NCBI GenBank assembly: GCA_964035545.1
Contig: OZ037766.1
Coordinates: 21,936,767 to 22,000,766 of the forward strand
Direction of reading: 5' to 3'
Origin: Bugula neritina
Taxonomy: Eukaryota > Animalia > Bryozoa
DNA: 64,000 nt
Shown piece after piece: positions 41,601 to 55,422 of this stretch. The translations under genes were made by a program, and so were the position numbers. Every line of letters begins with the position of its first letter. Position 1 is the stretch's first letter. The notes under the pieces are model-generated. The model was not told the origin of the DNA and searched no databases. It saw only the letters and a program-made list of their open reading frames with translations.

Positions 41601-44600
41601 CTTTAATATTTCCCATGGTTTATGAGAGCAAATATTTCTATTAGCTATTCTAGATCCATTCTACATGTATTTTACATTTGCATGCACAGCTAACTACTAC
41701 TACATGTATTGTACACTAATATATAAAAGTAAAGTGCTGTGCAGTTACATAACCCTTCATGTATGATGAACCTTGTTGATTTGAGCACATTTATAGCTTT
41801 ATGAGAGATAACACGAGTAAATCAGTAACTTTATGCTTTTAAAATGCAAATTTTATACTTGAGTTTAGATGTTTATGCCAGGTTTTACATTAAGCAAATA
41901 ATTTTAATCTTCTTATAGTTTGTACAGCTGTGAGCTGATTTTCAACTCATGAACTTCATACCATCTTTACTCATCCATACCATTACCTGGGTCAATTGAC
42001 TCATCATGAGTAAACGGAGAAACATCTGGATCCACCTCAAGGTCAAGGTCATCAGCTGTAGCATTTAGCTTTCCAATTTCCACACCCTTTTCTTCATCAT
42101 TAGCCAAGGCACTGACCGAAGATGTCAAAGGCATATCATTCAAATTAAGTCTTTGCAGAGTAGCCTGCAAGTCATCAGAAGCAAGACTTGCCTCTGTATT
42201 CTCAGGGGAAGATTTGCCACCATCCTCCTACAACAGAGAAGAGAGAAATGGCTAGTTCACACAGCTCTCTCGACGTGTCATTACAATACTGGATAATAGC
42301 CGTTGATAGTGGAAGCAAGTGCTAATACGAATATTGGTTTTAAACATATAACTGCTAATAATTATCCGTTTACTTTAACCAACACATGGCAATCTATTTA
42401 TATTACATTTTACCAAAACATTTTTCTATGTCAATCCTTTCAACACCAAAAAAGTTTTTTAATCACTTTTTTATCCCAAACAACTTTTTGCCCCAAATAT
42501 ATTAAATCAAATAAATCAGCAAACTTGATGGCTCGTTAGGAAAAGTTTTAAGAAAGTATAAATTACCTTTCATTTTTCACCGAGTTACATATATTAATCA
42601 GCATACAATAACCGAACCCCCTTTGAAGCTACCTCTAGAATTGGTGAAGGAGAGACGTCAATCATTGTATACGCTGGACCTGCATCCGTCTGCGGGATGT
42701 CAAAGTAACGGTAGGCTCTCCTCAGCTGGTCATTCAAGAAGTCGAATCCCCTCTGGTGACTGACAGACTTGCACAGATTTTTCCGGGGTATTCCCGGGTC
42801 TGAATATTACAGTATAACACACATAGCCAGATCGTTGGCACAATACAAAATAATATATAACCAATGAAGACGTAACTGTACAGCATTAAACACAGATGTA
42901 AGAATATAAAATATACACAAGATGCAAACTTGTACAGAATAAATACAGTTGTAAGCACAGATAGAGTGATTTATAATTCAATGTAAGTACAGTATTAAGT
43001 TTAGCCACAGTTAATGGAGTTCAACACTTTTAAAAATTAAATGGAATTCTAGTCAAAGACTTATCATTTCATGGAGCTATGAGAAACGGACTGTGTTAGG
43101 TAAAGGGTACACAGGCTACTCACTACCTTAGCATGTTGCTATAGTAACCAACCTTCAATAGCTAACTTCCTGGTGCCCCAGGCCCTGGCCTGCTTGGACT
43201 GAAGCTTATAGCTGAGAATGCTGACCACATGGGTCTCTGGCTTGAACTTGATGGAGAAGAATTGCAGCATATCCAGCCACAGTTGGCCAATGCTCTTGTC
43301 ACCCAGATAGGTCTCCATAGCTGATGGCTATAGACAGATATGTTGGGTATACATTATTCAGCAGAACACAGGCTATTTATGACGACAGGTTTGCTATCAG
43401 AAGCAATATGGGCCACACAAGAAAACACACAAAATTTATGCATATTAAATAATCAGAAATAAGGCTTTCAGTAGAATGACCACAGTATGGTGACATAATA
43501 AAAGTATCTTATGCATTCTGTATATCATCAATACATCAATATAAAACATTTATACTACTATTTACATGAACCACAATATAAATAATAATTGAGATGCAAG
43601 ATTAAAAACAAAATATTGACTCAGAATTTTACAAAACTAACTTATATTATAAGCATATAGAAATAAAAAAATGAGATTTATATAGATAACACAGTTGCAA
43701 AAACTACGTCTAATATTACGCAGAGTTCGCAAAGGGAAAGGCAATTTCTTTACTCACTTTAATGTTATCAATTTCCCCTTGTAACTCAGATTCTGCCATC
43801 ACCTCCAGCTTGGTATTCTAAATAAGAAAATAAAATGGTATAGCTCAAGCAAATAAATAAACATATGTATCAACTGAGACCACACTGTATCTATTTGAGT
43901 TAAATAATATTTACATTGAATATGATACTTCTACTTCAAGTTTATAGTTTAGTTGCAAAGCAAAATAAGAGTTTATAAATTTAGCTGGCTGAGCTTGCAC
44001 ATGATGAAGTAAACCTACTAGTCAAAATTGAACATCAGCCGACATATCTAAGGGTTGAAGTAACATGCATTAACTCACTTGCAGAAGGACAGGTACCAGC
44101 CTGGCTTGTTGACAGTAGAACACAGCAAGGATGGGGTAACAGTATGGAGAAAGAGACCCCTTCTCGGCATCTGCCATATGACCAATCTACATGAGAAATA
44201 AATTCAAGAATTGAAACACTGAGAAAAGATAATCCTAGTCGATAAAAACAGAAAAAATGTATAAGATATTGTGAGATACAGCTGTGAATCAAACAGTTGT
44301 ACAGGAGTGGGATAAGTACAGTGTTTCTTACTCACTGGCAAAACATGGTCATATTAGTCCTATACTCAAGTAACACCCTGTTAATGTTTGTTACATCACA
44401 GAGATCCTTTGCTTTGCATGAGCAGCAATTTAGAAAAATGGTAGTACTCCAAGTTACTTAGATGAATTTACTTTTTCCACACTTTACATTAGTATAAAGT
44501 TATTTTTAGCAAATGGTTGCTGGTGGCGATTGAGGAGCCGTGCAGAACAAATTAGTCATTGATATAGCTTAAGGAAGGAGGTTAGTAAGTCAACCCTGTA

Positions 44601-47600
44601 ATCTACCAACTAGCTAACCTACAGCTATCGGTTCTGTTGAAAAGTAAAATCATGTGATCTGCGTACCTTAGCCATATGTTTGAACAACACGCCCAACTGC
44701 TTTAGTTTCCTATGGCACTTTGAGTACACAGCGAGTATCATATTAGCGTTTTGATTGCCTTCTTCAGAGAACCTCAGATGGAATGTTCCAGAAACCTTCT
44801 CAACCATAAAGCTAACAAACGGATCTTTTACTGAGAAGTCTTTCTTCACCTCCTTGTATGGTGATTCTGCTCATTAAGAAAATCATAAAATAGTTTATTC
44901 CTTTATTAGTCATATTGACTATTCTCATGGGCCAAGGGTAGGTAACTTCTTTTGCTCGAGAGCCAAGTTCAGAAGTCAGCCAAAACAAACAGCCACATGG
45001 TAAATTTTATTGAAATATAGTAATTTGTCATCAAGCTTATACTGTGCTAATCTGAATGCACATAACGGTTTTTACTTATCTTAGGCATTGAAAGGGACAC
45101 TGAAAAATGGGCAAAGGGCCACAAGTGACCCTGGGGCCCCCAGTTGCCCATCCCTGTCGTAGAGGGTTGGAACACACAAGAGAAAAGTGTCTTTATAATA
45201 GTATAGTACAGTTAACAAAGAAGTGCTATCCATTAACAGCGGAATATTTTGATCAAATCATTAGGATGTTGAAATCATCCATAATTCCACCAAATTATGT
45301 AGATGTGCTACATCATAGAATACCATTAGCTAACGTATGAGCCACACCATGTGATAGGTTTGGTATTATTGGCACACATTAGTGCTCTTTCAGACTTTAA
45401 TCGTTTGTGTTTCTTAGCTGTATACATTTGATACAACATGTACATTTGACACAGGGCATGACTGTACTAACCAGCTCTGCTGAGAACATCATATATTCCA
45501 GTCATGACCTTAGCTAGGTTATCCGTCTTGGTTGGTATAATCCTAACATCTGTACCACTTTCTTTCATAGCAAACCCTGATCTGACAGACCCACATACTT
45601 GTAGCCTCACTTCTAAAATTTCAACAACATTTACTACATATCTCAGAAAACTAAGCTAATCTACTGACAATAGCATTTTATCAGCTCTAACAATGAGACT
45701 TGCCTCATAAAAACTAATTATAGTTAAAAGTTAGGACAACTATAACATGAGAGACTTATAATAGTGTGTTGGTACTTCACAATAGAAACAAGAAGCAAAC
45801 TGCACACTTTTTTTTTCAAACTTTATAGCATATTTGACACAATTATGAGGAATAAAAATTTAGATATTTCAAAACAAACGTTTTAAGGAGGGAATTTGTT
45901 CATGTAATTCCCCTTCCAGCTTATCAATGACCAGCTTTCTTGCTTCCACTTCTTCATCGCTGAGCTCTAACTCAGCAAATATCTCATTTAAGTAGTTGGA
46001 CAGTGCAGTCAAGTGATTAGAGGTCGGTGGAGGAATACTTTTCAGGAGAGCATCACCCGACTTAATCTGCAGTAGCAAATAGCACTACGGGTTTGAAGTT
46101 TGATTAAACAAAACATTAATTAACATAGCGATTAGGTAAATACAAATTGAACTAAAATAAAAAAAACAAAGTTAATAATTTATTAAGCTATTCTGATTCA
46201 TATAGCCAGATAATTAATGGCATTAATTAGTCTAAATATTGCTTAGTAACACTTGATGGTATTGAACTCTTTGTAATCTTTACCTATTTAGAAAATTCTA
46301 AAGCTCATCGAAATGTTTTAAGAGCGACAAAACACTGAAAGCACATTTAGATCTCAACTGTAAGTGTTTAGTGATTAAAAATATTGTTTTACATCAGATG
46401 AATGCATTGTGGCGCACAAGTTTACAATAAAGTTTAACTTTAAAGACTATTTAGTTGAGATGTTATTAAAAAATTGGCACAAACTGATTCAACTTTCACA
46501 CAGCACTTTACTGAGGCTAATGTCATGTCAATGCACTAATGAAAAAGCATCACTAAAAGACTATAGAATGCTATAATACTATAACTAGCCATTTAATATA
46601 CTTATTGTAAGGAAATTGGGAAATTAACATATTGGAAAACTGTTATATTTAGCAAAATAAATACGTTTCACATAAGAAGTAGACAGACCATTTTACGTCT
46701 CAAATGAGATGCATCAGCCTTCCGGTGTTCTTCCATATCTTCGGGCGTATCCATATGAAACTCACACAGACGACAGTAAAACCTCGCATCTTGGAACCTG
46801 GTAGACTTCTACATATAGAGAGACAACTCCTTAGTATAGATGATTGAGTTCAATGCAAATGACACATCAACTAGTTTGCTTGGCAGCTTATATGTAAGGC
46901 ATAGTTATATGATAAATAATCATTAACTTAATGACTCCATATTTTTACCCTACAAAGGGATGGAGGTCTAGTTCCACCAACCCAAACTAGCAAATTTTTA
47001 GCCTAAATAAGTGGTAAGGCTTAGAGTAACGATACAACAGAAGGTATGTTAACTACAAGAAACATTGCTAGATACAATTTGGTCTTTAATAACATACAAA
47101 TAACCAATAGAGGCTTTTCACAAGCCCTCTGGGGACATTTGTATTTTGAAGTTGTCTCCTCCCAAACGGGCGAAGTGTAGTCTCCATGATATATAGAACA
47201 AGCACATAAAATCAGTAGAAATTTAAGGTTTGTGTGAAGACTATTGCTAGTATGAGTTTAATTTTTTCTGAGATTATTATTTTGGCATAAGCACACAGGT
47301 TAGCAGTTCCAGAAAAATTTTAAAAATTTTCTTTCTTCAAAAATCTTGAGAGAAATTAACTTCAAAGCATGTTTGTGGTTTTGGTTACTGCATGAGCAAG
47401 CTGAATTGGCAACTATGAGATAAGTCCCATTAATCATTTGTTATACTGGCTGTCATATTCAATTTATAGCTGTTGACCTTTCAACTCTTTGGTCAGAATG
47501 TGCTGTTAACACAGTCACTGCGTTTCCATTATCGCATTATGCGAATGGATTTTTTCATTCGGCTAATGGAAACAGTTACATCGGATGAAACCGCAACTAT

Positions 47601-50600
47601 AAGGTAATGCAAACCACAAACCACAAATAATCCGTACGAAGCATTCATTCGCATTATGCGCAGTCATGGAAAAGCAGTGAGTGTGAAAGCACTGCTACTC
47701 TGCTAGTGCACTGAATGAGACAGCAGATTAGCTGTGTTAGCATTTTCATTACACTTACACACTTATGCTATGAGAATAGCTAGACTATTACCTCAACATC
47801 CATCATTTTCACAAAAAGCATTTTCACAAAGCTATAGATATATATTAAATAGACAGATTAAATTTGAAGTATCAAAATGATGTGTGATAGCATGTGCACT
47901 TAATTACACTTTGAAGAGTTTGTGCTACATTATGTTCAAAGGACCGTAAATGCTTTACATAGTTTCATGTTATGGCTAAAACTTCTTTAAAAGAAAAATA
48001 TTACCAAGAAAAGCAAAGCTCAGTTTATGCAAAAATTTATTAAAAACACTTTATATTTAGGCAGGCATCTTTTTATTCAGTATCGATCCATCTTGAAATA
48101 TTTTATCTGCTCTAAATCTTCATTGCATATTTTACAACAGGTCTAATAGTTTTATTTAAAAGATTTAATTGAAATGTTATACTTGATTTTAATTTACTTA
48201 TCCCTGCGCATGCTTATTTTAAGATAATACCTGTAATATTCTAATTGGTGCTGTTGTGACTTATAGCCAACCTCTAAAATTTTATGTCATTCAAATATGA
48301 GTCTCAAATTTAAGAAAGGCTTTATATTTTATAACATTTTGTGACCCATGGGATCAGCCAAGCTAGTTGTATAACTGCAGTTGAGTGTCAATAACACTAG
48401 CTCATGATATTTGAAGCATGAGAAGTTGAGGAGCTATAACATTAAACAGTTTAACTGAAAACCCAAGCAAAATGTTAATTACCCAATTTTATCAACATGC
48501 TTTCACTGCTTCACTTGTAAGAATCTGCTTAATACTTTTCAACCAGAATTTCCTTCTAAAGTAATTTTCAGAGAATTCAGTTTATGCTGCAATTTGATGA
48601 GTTGGGAAACTTGGGCTTTCAGGTGCAGTAGTGATTAGCTTAGTTTACCTATTTTATATTGTATATCCATTTTATTATATAACTATATTTTAACCTACCA
48701 TACATTAACTAGGATCTTGAATCTACCGCAGTTGACGGAGATGACCACTACACACGATGCAGTACTAATGGAGAAATTGAGAAAAGCCTTTGTTCTAGAT
48801 TAGAAATGTAGCAAAAAAGTTGTGTTATACGCAACACCAACATTTGTAACGAAAGTTAAAGAACTTAGGCTATCTCAATTTCTTCACTACTGCATGCTCC
48901 TAAATGCTACAAGCCACATGCAGGCATAATTAAGAAATAACAAAGCTGTAACACAAGGGCCTGAATGCCAACTGCTAAAAGGCTATCTCGGTTTTTGATT
49001 AAATTATCTAGATATATATTTATTTGAGCACAATTGTTACAATTGCAATAGATGCATTTAACCTGTATTAGAAAATTAACCGACATGTATCAAAGCACAT
49101 TTCATATTCGTTCCATACTACAAAATTAAATCTGTCTATTTAATATATATCTATAGCTTTGTGAGAATGCTTTTTGTGAAAATGGTGGATGTTGAGGTTA
49201 TAGTCTAGCTATTCTCATAGCATAAGTGTGTAAGTGTAATAAAAATGCTAACACAGCTAATCTGCTGTCTCATTCAGTGCACTAGCAGAGTAGCAGTGCT
49301 CTAACACTGTGTTAACAGCACATTCTGACCAAAGAGTTGAAAGGTCAACAGCTATAAATTGAATATGACAGCCAGCATAACAAATGATTAATGGGACTTA
49401 TCTCATAGTTGCCAATTCAGCTTGCTCATGCAGTAACCAAAACCACAAACATGCTTTGAAGTTAATTTCTCTCAAGATTTTTGAAGAAAGAAAATTTTTC
49501 TGGAACTGCTAACCTGTGTGCTTATGCCAAAATAATAATCTCAGAAAAAATGAAACTCGTACTAGCAATAGTCTTCACACAAACCTTAAATTTCTACTGA
49601 TTTTATGTGCTTGTTCTATATATCATGGAGACTACACTTCGCCCGTTTGGGAGGAGACAACTTCAAAATACAAATGTCCCCAGAGGGCTTGTGAAAAGCC
49701 TCTATTGGCAAAAACTGCAAGATAATTTCAAACATTAATTTTTACACAATGCATATTTCAGTAGTTTGTCGGGGAATATATATGGTATTTCAAAACTTTT
49801 TGCAACAAAAATTACCCCAGTAAAGATTAAGCCATGTGGGCCAGAAAAAAATGCTATGATGTGGGAGAACATGAGTTTTTTTGCTTGAAATGCCTACTTG
49901 GAAATGCTATGTTGAATGAGAAACCTCATGGTGTATGGTATGAAGTGACAACTCTAAATAAGTCAGCTCTTTAACTTTGCTGACAAACACATTAGTTTTA
50001 GCTACTGCTTTGCATTGTAGCTTTACATTGGTTGCACTTTTTTTTGCTAATTTCAAGACAATATTAAACAAATTGCGTCCTAAAACCATGGCTTAATTTG
50101 CAAAATTGTTATTGCAAAACCTTTAGAATTACATTTTAGCATAAATTTTTTCCTATTCTTATAATAATTGATTGTTTACAATTAGTAATTGTTTGCTGTC
50201 ACAACTCTATCAACAAATTTCATTCAGCTATGATGGAAAGACTTGTTCTCATTACTCAAAGCAGTGCAAAAAGCCTTTTTATTTCCATCCGTTCATAGAC
50301 TATCTGACACTGATTGAGGTTTCATTCCAAAAGGGCTCTTCCAATTGGTCAACTAATATAACTAAATAGTGTAATAGGACCATAGTGAATGTCTAGAGGT
50401 GGTGGTAGTTTTTAGAAATTCTCTTTTCTTTGAGTGTATAATGCATTTTTCACAGCTGAAAAAACCATCCTTTAGCTTATAATTGGTAATTTTCAGGCTT
50501 CTCCATGATACAAAATACCTTCCATATTTATATTGCCTAGCAAGCTCTGTTCTATATGCATAGTACGTAGGAACCTACAACTGTTCAGCTATTTTACAAT

Positions 50601-53600
50601 AATTTCCCAATTATACAGCCTACCAACCGATGGGCTTTTTTATAGCAAAGCCGGAGCAAATTCGAAATATTGCAAACTTGCATAAGCACAAGTGTCAACC
50701 TAGTAAGCTCACCTTAGCAAGTAGTCTGATATGGTCTTTATCCAGCTCAGCAATATATTTCAAGCCCACTTTCTGCTTATAATCTTGGCCAAATTTTGAA
50801 AAAGAATTCTTTGAAGTAGTGTCAGCCTGTTGCTGCTTCGACTGAGCCTTGGGCTCAGCTGCTGGTTGTTTGGATGGTTTAGAGGCAGTAGAAACCGAGG
50901 CTGAGGTTGTAGAAGTTGGGGTAGAAACCGCAGAAGTGGCTGTAGTAGAGGCTCGGGTAGAAGCTGCTGTAGTGGTAGAGGCTGGTGTAGACACTGCAGG
51001 AGTGGCTGTAGTGGTGGAGGCTAGGGTAGACACTGCAGGAGTGGCTGTAGTGGTAGAGGTTGGTGTAGAAACTGCAGGAGTGGCTGTAGTGGTAGAGGTT
51101 GGCGTAGACACTGCAGGAGTGGCTGTAGTGGTAGAGGCTGGCGTAGACACTGCAGTAGTGGCTGTAGTGGTGGAAGTTGGCGTAGAGACAGTTGCAGTAC
51201 CAGAAGCCTCTGCAGTATCAGAAGTGACAAGTATATCAGTGACAGTCTCTGAATCTAAAGGTGTAAATGTTGAACAACCAATGTAACAAAACAGTAAAAA
51301 TATCACATGATATTTAAATAAATTAGTAATAAAATTGGTAGACAGCAGCACAGTATAGAACGTAATTTGCATAACTTGTTTGTTAGAGTTATCAAATTTT
51401 AGTAAAAAATTGGTGTCCTTTCAGAGCAAAAGGAATGCTTCATAACTTGCTACTGTATAGCAAATCTGATTTCAGAAGATACTATGTAATAGCGAGGCTA
51501 ACAAGGAGCTTACCTGGAGCTGGTTCAGCTGCAGTTGAAGGATTCAGCTCAGGTGCGGAAGTTACCACCGTGGGTGTACGATGGGAAGCCTCTAGTTCAC
51601 CCCCACCTTCAGATAGCTGTTGCTGCTTCTTATTTCGCCGAGGCTTTTTTGATTTTGCCTTCTTTTGTTGATGATTTTCTTCTTCAAATACAAATTGTTA
51701 TCTACAATCATCTGTTTAAGAGAGTCTATAGATGATATAACATATATAATTTTCTTGTATTCTTTTACAAAAAAGACCTAGTGTGGAGATTTATTACGCC
51801 CAATAGGATGTTTAGGGCCATTCATGAATGCCAGGCATCTGGTGAATTCCAAGCAACATTACTATAGTACAGGGAATTTTCCTAAATATTATCTAGTCAC
51901 TTGAAACATATATCAACAGTAAATGCTAGGCATACACTTATTAACACTGTATTCGAAGAACAAAAAGCTATTTTAGTGGTAGGATCTGTAGAATATTGAA
52001 ATTTCTATTCAATTGTTTATAGTTCTAATTATTTGGTTGAATTTGGTTCAAATTTGCAGTCAATAATAATTTTGAATTATAACTTGCATGTTGTTTACTA
52101 TAAATACTATAGTTTAGATTCGTGTTTTAGGTTAAATGAAAAATAACAATAGGCTTAGCTGGTATTGGAACTCAAAAAACTGAAACTGAAAAAACAGTGA
52201 CTCAAGCTGGTAATGATCATGATTTCTAACTCACTGTTCATCAGTTTGAGTAAATTTGATTAAATAATGCTACTAACTATATCATATTATAGTGATGGTT
52301 GGCAATGATGATGCAGCAATATCAATATATCAATATTATATGTGAATAGAAAATGAAAATGATTATAGATTTATCAGCATGATAAAAAATAATGGTAAAT
52401 ATGAATAATTCTGATGATAAAAGTATACTATTTTTTTTACAATATGGTTACTTTTAGAAAAAGCTAGTCTACATGTCGGCCTAATGCTAGCTGTTTAGAA
52501 TAACAATCAGTGCATCAATTCTGATTTACATGTAGTGTAAATATATTGTGAAACTGTTTGAATAGCTGCAGTTTTGTCCAGCTTAATTTTACTAGTCATG
52601 ACTCAACTGATTATCTTCCTTACCATTTGAAAAAGTCATACTGTCATACAAGAAATTCATTAAATAGATTGACAAGCTGAGCACTTAGATTATTTACGCT
52701 AGCCTAAAATAGGAACTTGAAAACCCCAAAAGCCTCCAGCATGTTGCAAGTAGTCCTATTATGTAGGACATAGGGTATTTTACCATTCTTAATGTTATTA
52801 CTAGAAGTTTAAATTACTCAGCCGATCTAAACTAGCTGCATTGGAATATCAACTGAGTACTTTTATCTTAAACATATATACTTTATTTCATAACCCATAC
52901 TGGTAAGCAGATTCAGATAAACTTCAAGCTACCACAAACATTCCCAGGCAACTTCAAAGTAGCCATAAACTGCAAACTTATCTGCTATTATGCAGGAGAT
53001 AAAATACTGGATAACAAGACTCTTGTGAGTATAATGAGAAGAGAGAGAGTGGTGAGTATGTGTTACAGAAGATTTAGGCGTTTACAGATGGCTCCATGTT
53101 ATTCTAATCTTTTGGAGAGTTGTGTATAATCATTTGAAAGACAGCCAATTAGCTTCAGAGTAGTTTACAAATTTACCACCCGTGACCAGTGGGTTCCCCA
53201 AGAGCTTCTTTCAGCCACGTAATGCAAAACTCAGCAAGAAATAATTAAGGACTTTAATTTGAAATTTCTGGTAATCCAAACTTGAGAAATGAAAATTGAC
53301 ACTCTATAATCAGCTTTCAATATTATTAAACTTCCAAAAGCAGTTAATAAATCCTACACATACACCCTACCTGGTGTTGCAGAGTCCACATTGGTATCTC
53401 CGTGTGACTGATCAGTCAACTGATTCTCACTGAGTTGCTGCTGATTCACACAGTCTTGCTTCGTTCTGGGCTGCTGCTTCTGCTTGGATTGGGGAGGTTT
53501 GCTGCCTTCTACCAGAATCAGATATATACTTAGAGTAAATACACTTACAGTAAATATACTAACAGTAGATATACTTAGAGTAAATACACTTACAGTATAT

Positions 53601-55422
53601 ATACTAACAGTATATATACTAACAGTAAATATACTTAGAGTAAATACACTTACAGTATATATACCAACAGTAAATATACTTATAGTGAATACACTTACAG
53701 TAAATATACTTACAGTGAATAAATTTACAGTAAATACACTTACAGTGAATACACTTACAGTAAATACATGCGGATACAATCTGAACTTTTCAAATTGTGT
53801 CAATAGTTAAAACTTCACCAAACTCAATTCAACATACAAGGTTAAAATGATTGATAAAGAATAAACATCATTTAAAACAGCTAGGAACTTCCAACTGGAT
53901 GTAAGTGTTATAGATGTAGGTGAGTACATGACCTTCTTCTAGTGACACAGCACCTTGAAGCTGATGAATCACCTGAGATTGGTAGAGAAACAGGGTCAAC
54001 GTATCTCTGCTCCCCGGTCACTGTTATCTTTAGATTAACTGGATTTTTCACAGAATCAAAGAAATGCTGTACTGATGGTGTCAAGGCCGGGGATTCCTGA
54101 GGGCTGGGAGATTTACTACTAGTCTCAGAAGGGGCATTCCCTAGACAGAAGGAAATAATTGCACAGTGTGGTTATATTAGTACAGTGTGTTATTCAGACT
54201 ACAGCCTACGTAAAACACTACAATGTATTATACTCGTATTAGTTTCCCTATATGGAGAAAATAGCATGTGATAGTGGGGTTCAAACTCTATACTGAGTAT
54301 AACAAGAAGCTTAAGATCCCTCTGAAACTCTAGCCGACATAACATATCTACATAAAAACAAATCTATATATCTATGCTATCTACGCCTATCAACATAACA
54401 GTAGGAGATAATTTATCACTTGAGTTGCACAATGAGTTGCAAAGGACATGACTATATTTGCACTAACCTTCATTTGTAGTCCTATATTTATTTTTATTTC
54501 TGTTCTTTCTTTTTTTCTTTGGTTTCTGAGACTCTGAAAAACACACCATAATCTAATTAGTAATAACAGTCATCAAATAACTTAACTGTGTGTCATACTC
54601 AACTCTATAGTCATACTAAAGTCATCACACGACTTAGGTGTCATCCTACAGTCATCACATGACCTAATTATTGCAAAAACACACTCCACTTAGCTTTCCA
54701 GAGGAACTTTTCACATAAGATATTAGCAAACAGTCAACAGAAAAAGATTTTGTGTAAGAAAAAAAAGTTGTGTCAAAAAATAAGGATTACTTTTTAAAAT
54801 TCCTGTTAAATGTTGATCATTATGGACTTTGAAATTGAACAAACTTTTCACGCCTTCAAATTTATCACCTATGCATTTACCTTTAGAATGAACAACTCAA
54901 ATATGTATCTAATACACAGTCTAGTATCAATTTAGACAGTAGAAAATGTTATTCTTGTTACTCATAACCAAAGGGTATAATAAGTTATTGAGTAAAATTT
55001 ATAAGTCTACCAATACTTCATCATTAAAAATTGGGTTGTGAATTAAAAATCTTAAATAAATATCTAAACTACAAAACTAGCTTGCATTGGAGCAATTTCT
55101 GGGGTTACGGCCTACTTTTTTCTGCCATTAAACTAACCTGCTATAGGTCAGGAATAGTAATAGTAAACTACTATCAATATTCAATACAACACTGGCCAAC
55201 TTAACTATTAATAGTGTCAAAGGTTTTCACACCCAGGGTGAACTTACTGATGACATTTATTGGCTTGTTTACAATACAAACAGCATCCACTCTGATACCA
55301 ATCATGACCACGGCGCAAGGTTTTAATCGTACGTACTGCCAACATTATAACTGAAAGTTCAACCTACCTGCACTCATAGAATCTTGATTCATTAGAGGAT
55401 CTCCAGAAGTGTTGGATGCCAT
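32602..55422 (-). CDS. TUT7: Terminal uridylyltransferase TUT4/TUT7 (ZCCHC11/ZCCHC6) orthologue, about 28 coding exons
   Basis: Probable ATG at 55422 (MASNTSGD) and a low-complexity N-terminus. C2H2 finger YCRLCEFH...H...H (46808-46689); degenerate first NTase (CGSVRSGF...SGTD, 45612-45472); PAP-associated IGQLWLDML...LAIEDP (43327-43153); CCHC CRQCDKANHIARDC (about 40360); active NTase LYGSSRNGFG...SDLDIC (39634-39531); VPIVKF...ETDLS (38610-38452); GDASKGSLSSY (37991-37878); VEDPFDLKRNLG (36576-36351); CCHC CHICNQKGHFALAC (35926-35650); last exon 33086-32602. Confidence 0.93.
36147..36348. repeat. 35-bp minisatellite, about 6 copies
   Basis: Unit acctaataacacaaggctggttgacatttactgtg; begins at the donor of the 36351 exon. 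Confidence 0.9.
37079..37274 (-). mobile_element. 5'-truncated tRNA-derived SINE
   Basis: B box GGGTTCGAGCCC, tRNA-like head, central GGAAGAGCATCCAG, T-rich tail, and a 17-bp TSD taatggcatatactata (37062-37078 and 37275-37291). Confidence 0.75.
40597..40913. repeat. 32-bp minisatellite, about 10 copies
   Basis: Unit tcacaRgaaagtgtagtatacatacRtgtctg; overlaps the donor of the exon ending at 40910. Confidence 0.92.
44933..45156. mobile_element. Old hAT (Charlie-like) MITE
   Basis: Imperfect TIRs caagggtaggtaact / agttgcccatccctg; the 8-bp TSD is not convincingly preserved. Confidence 0.5.
47516..47679. mobile_element. CACTG-terminated MITE (CACTA/CMC-like)
   Basis: Termini cactgcgtttccat...atggaaaagcagtg; 3-bp TSD AGT; the empty site is present in the opposite arm. 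Confidence 0.8.
48757..48898. mobile_element. Degenerate copy of the 16956-17115 MITE family
   Basis: gcagtactaatggagaaattgagaaaagcct...aggctatctcaatttcttcactactgca. Confidence 0.65.
50920..51200 (-). repeat. 39-bp coding tandem repeat (STPxSTTTATPAV)n in a TUT exon
   Basis: About 6-7 units seen in both the DNA and the translation. Confidence 0.85.
53523..53768. repeat. 15-bp minisatellite
   Basis: Unit tacagtaaatatact, about 16 copies, next to the acceptor at 53508. Confidence 0.9.

Larger units (their letters stand above)
47104..49708. repeat. Long inverted repeat (about 580-bp arms) in a TUT intron
   Basis: 47104-~47870 (ccaatagaggcttttcacaagcc...) is the near-perfect reverse complement of ~49115-49708, apart from a 164-bp insertion in the left arm. 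Confidence 0.92.

Noticed and set aside
53484-53810. Repetitive ORFs (TVSIF/TVNIL)n, and the YIYI ORFs at 59.4-60.5 kb
   Set aside because: Translations of minisatellites and microsatellites
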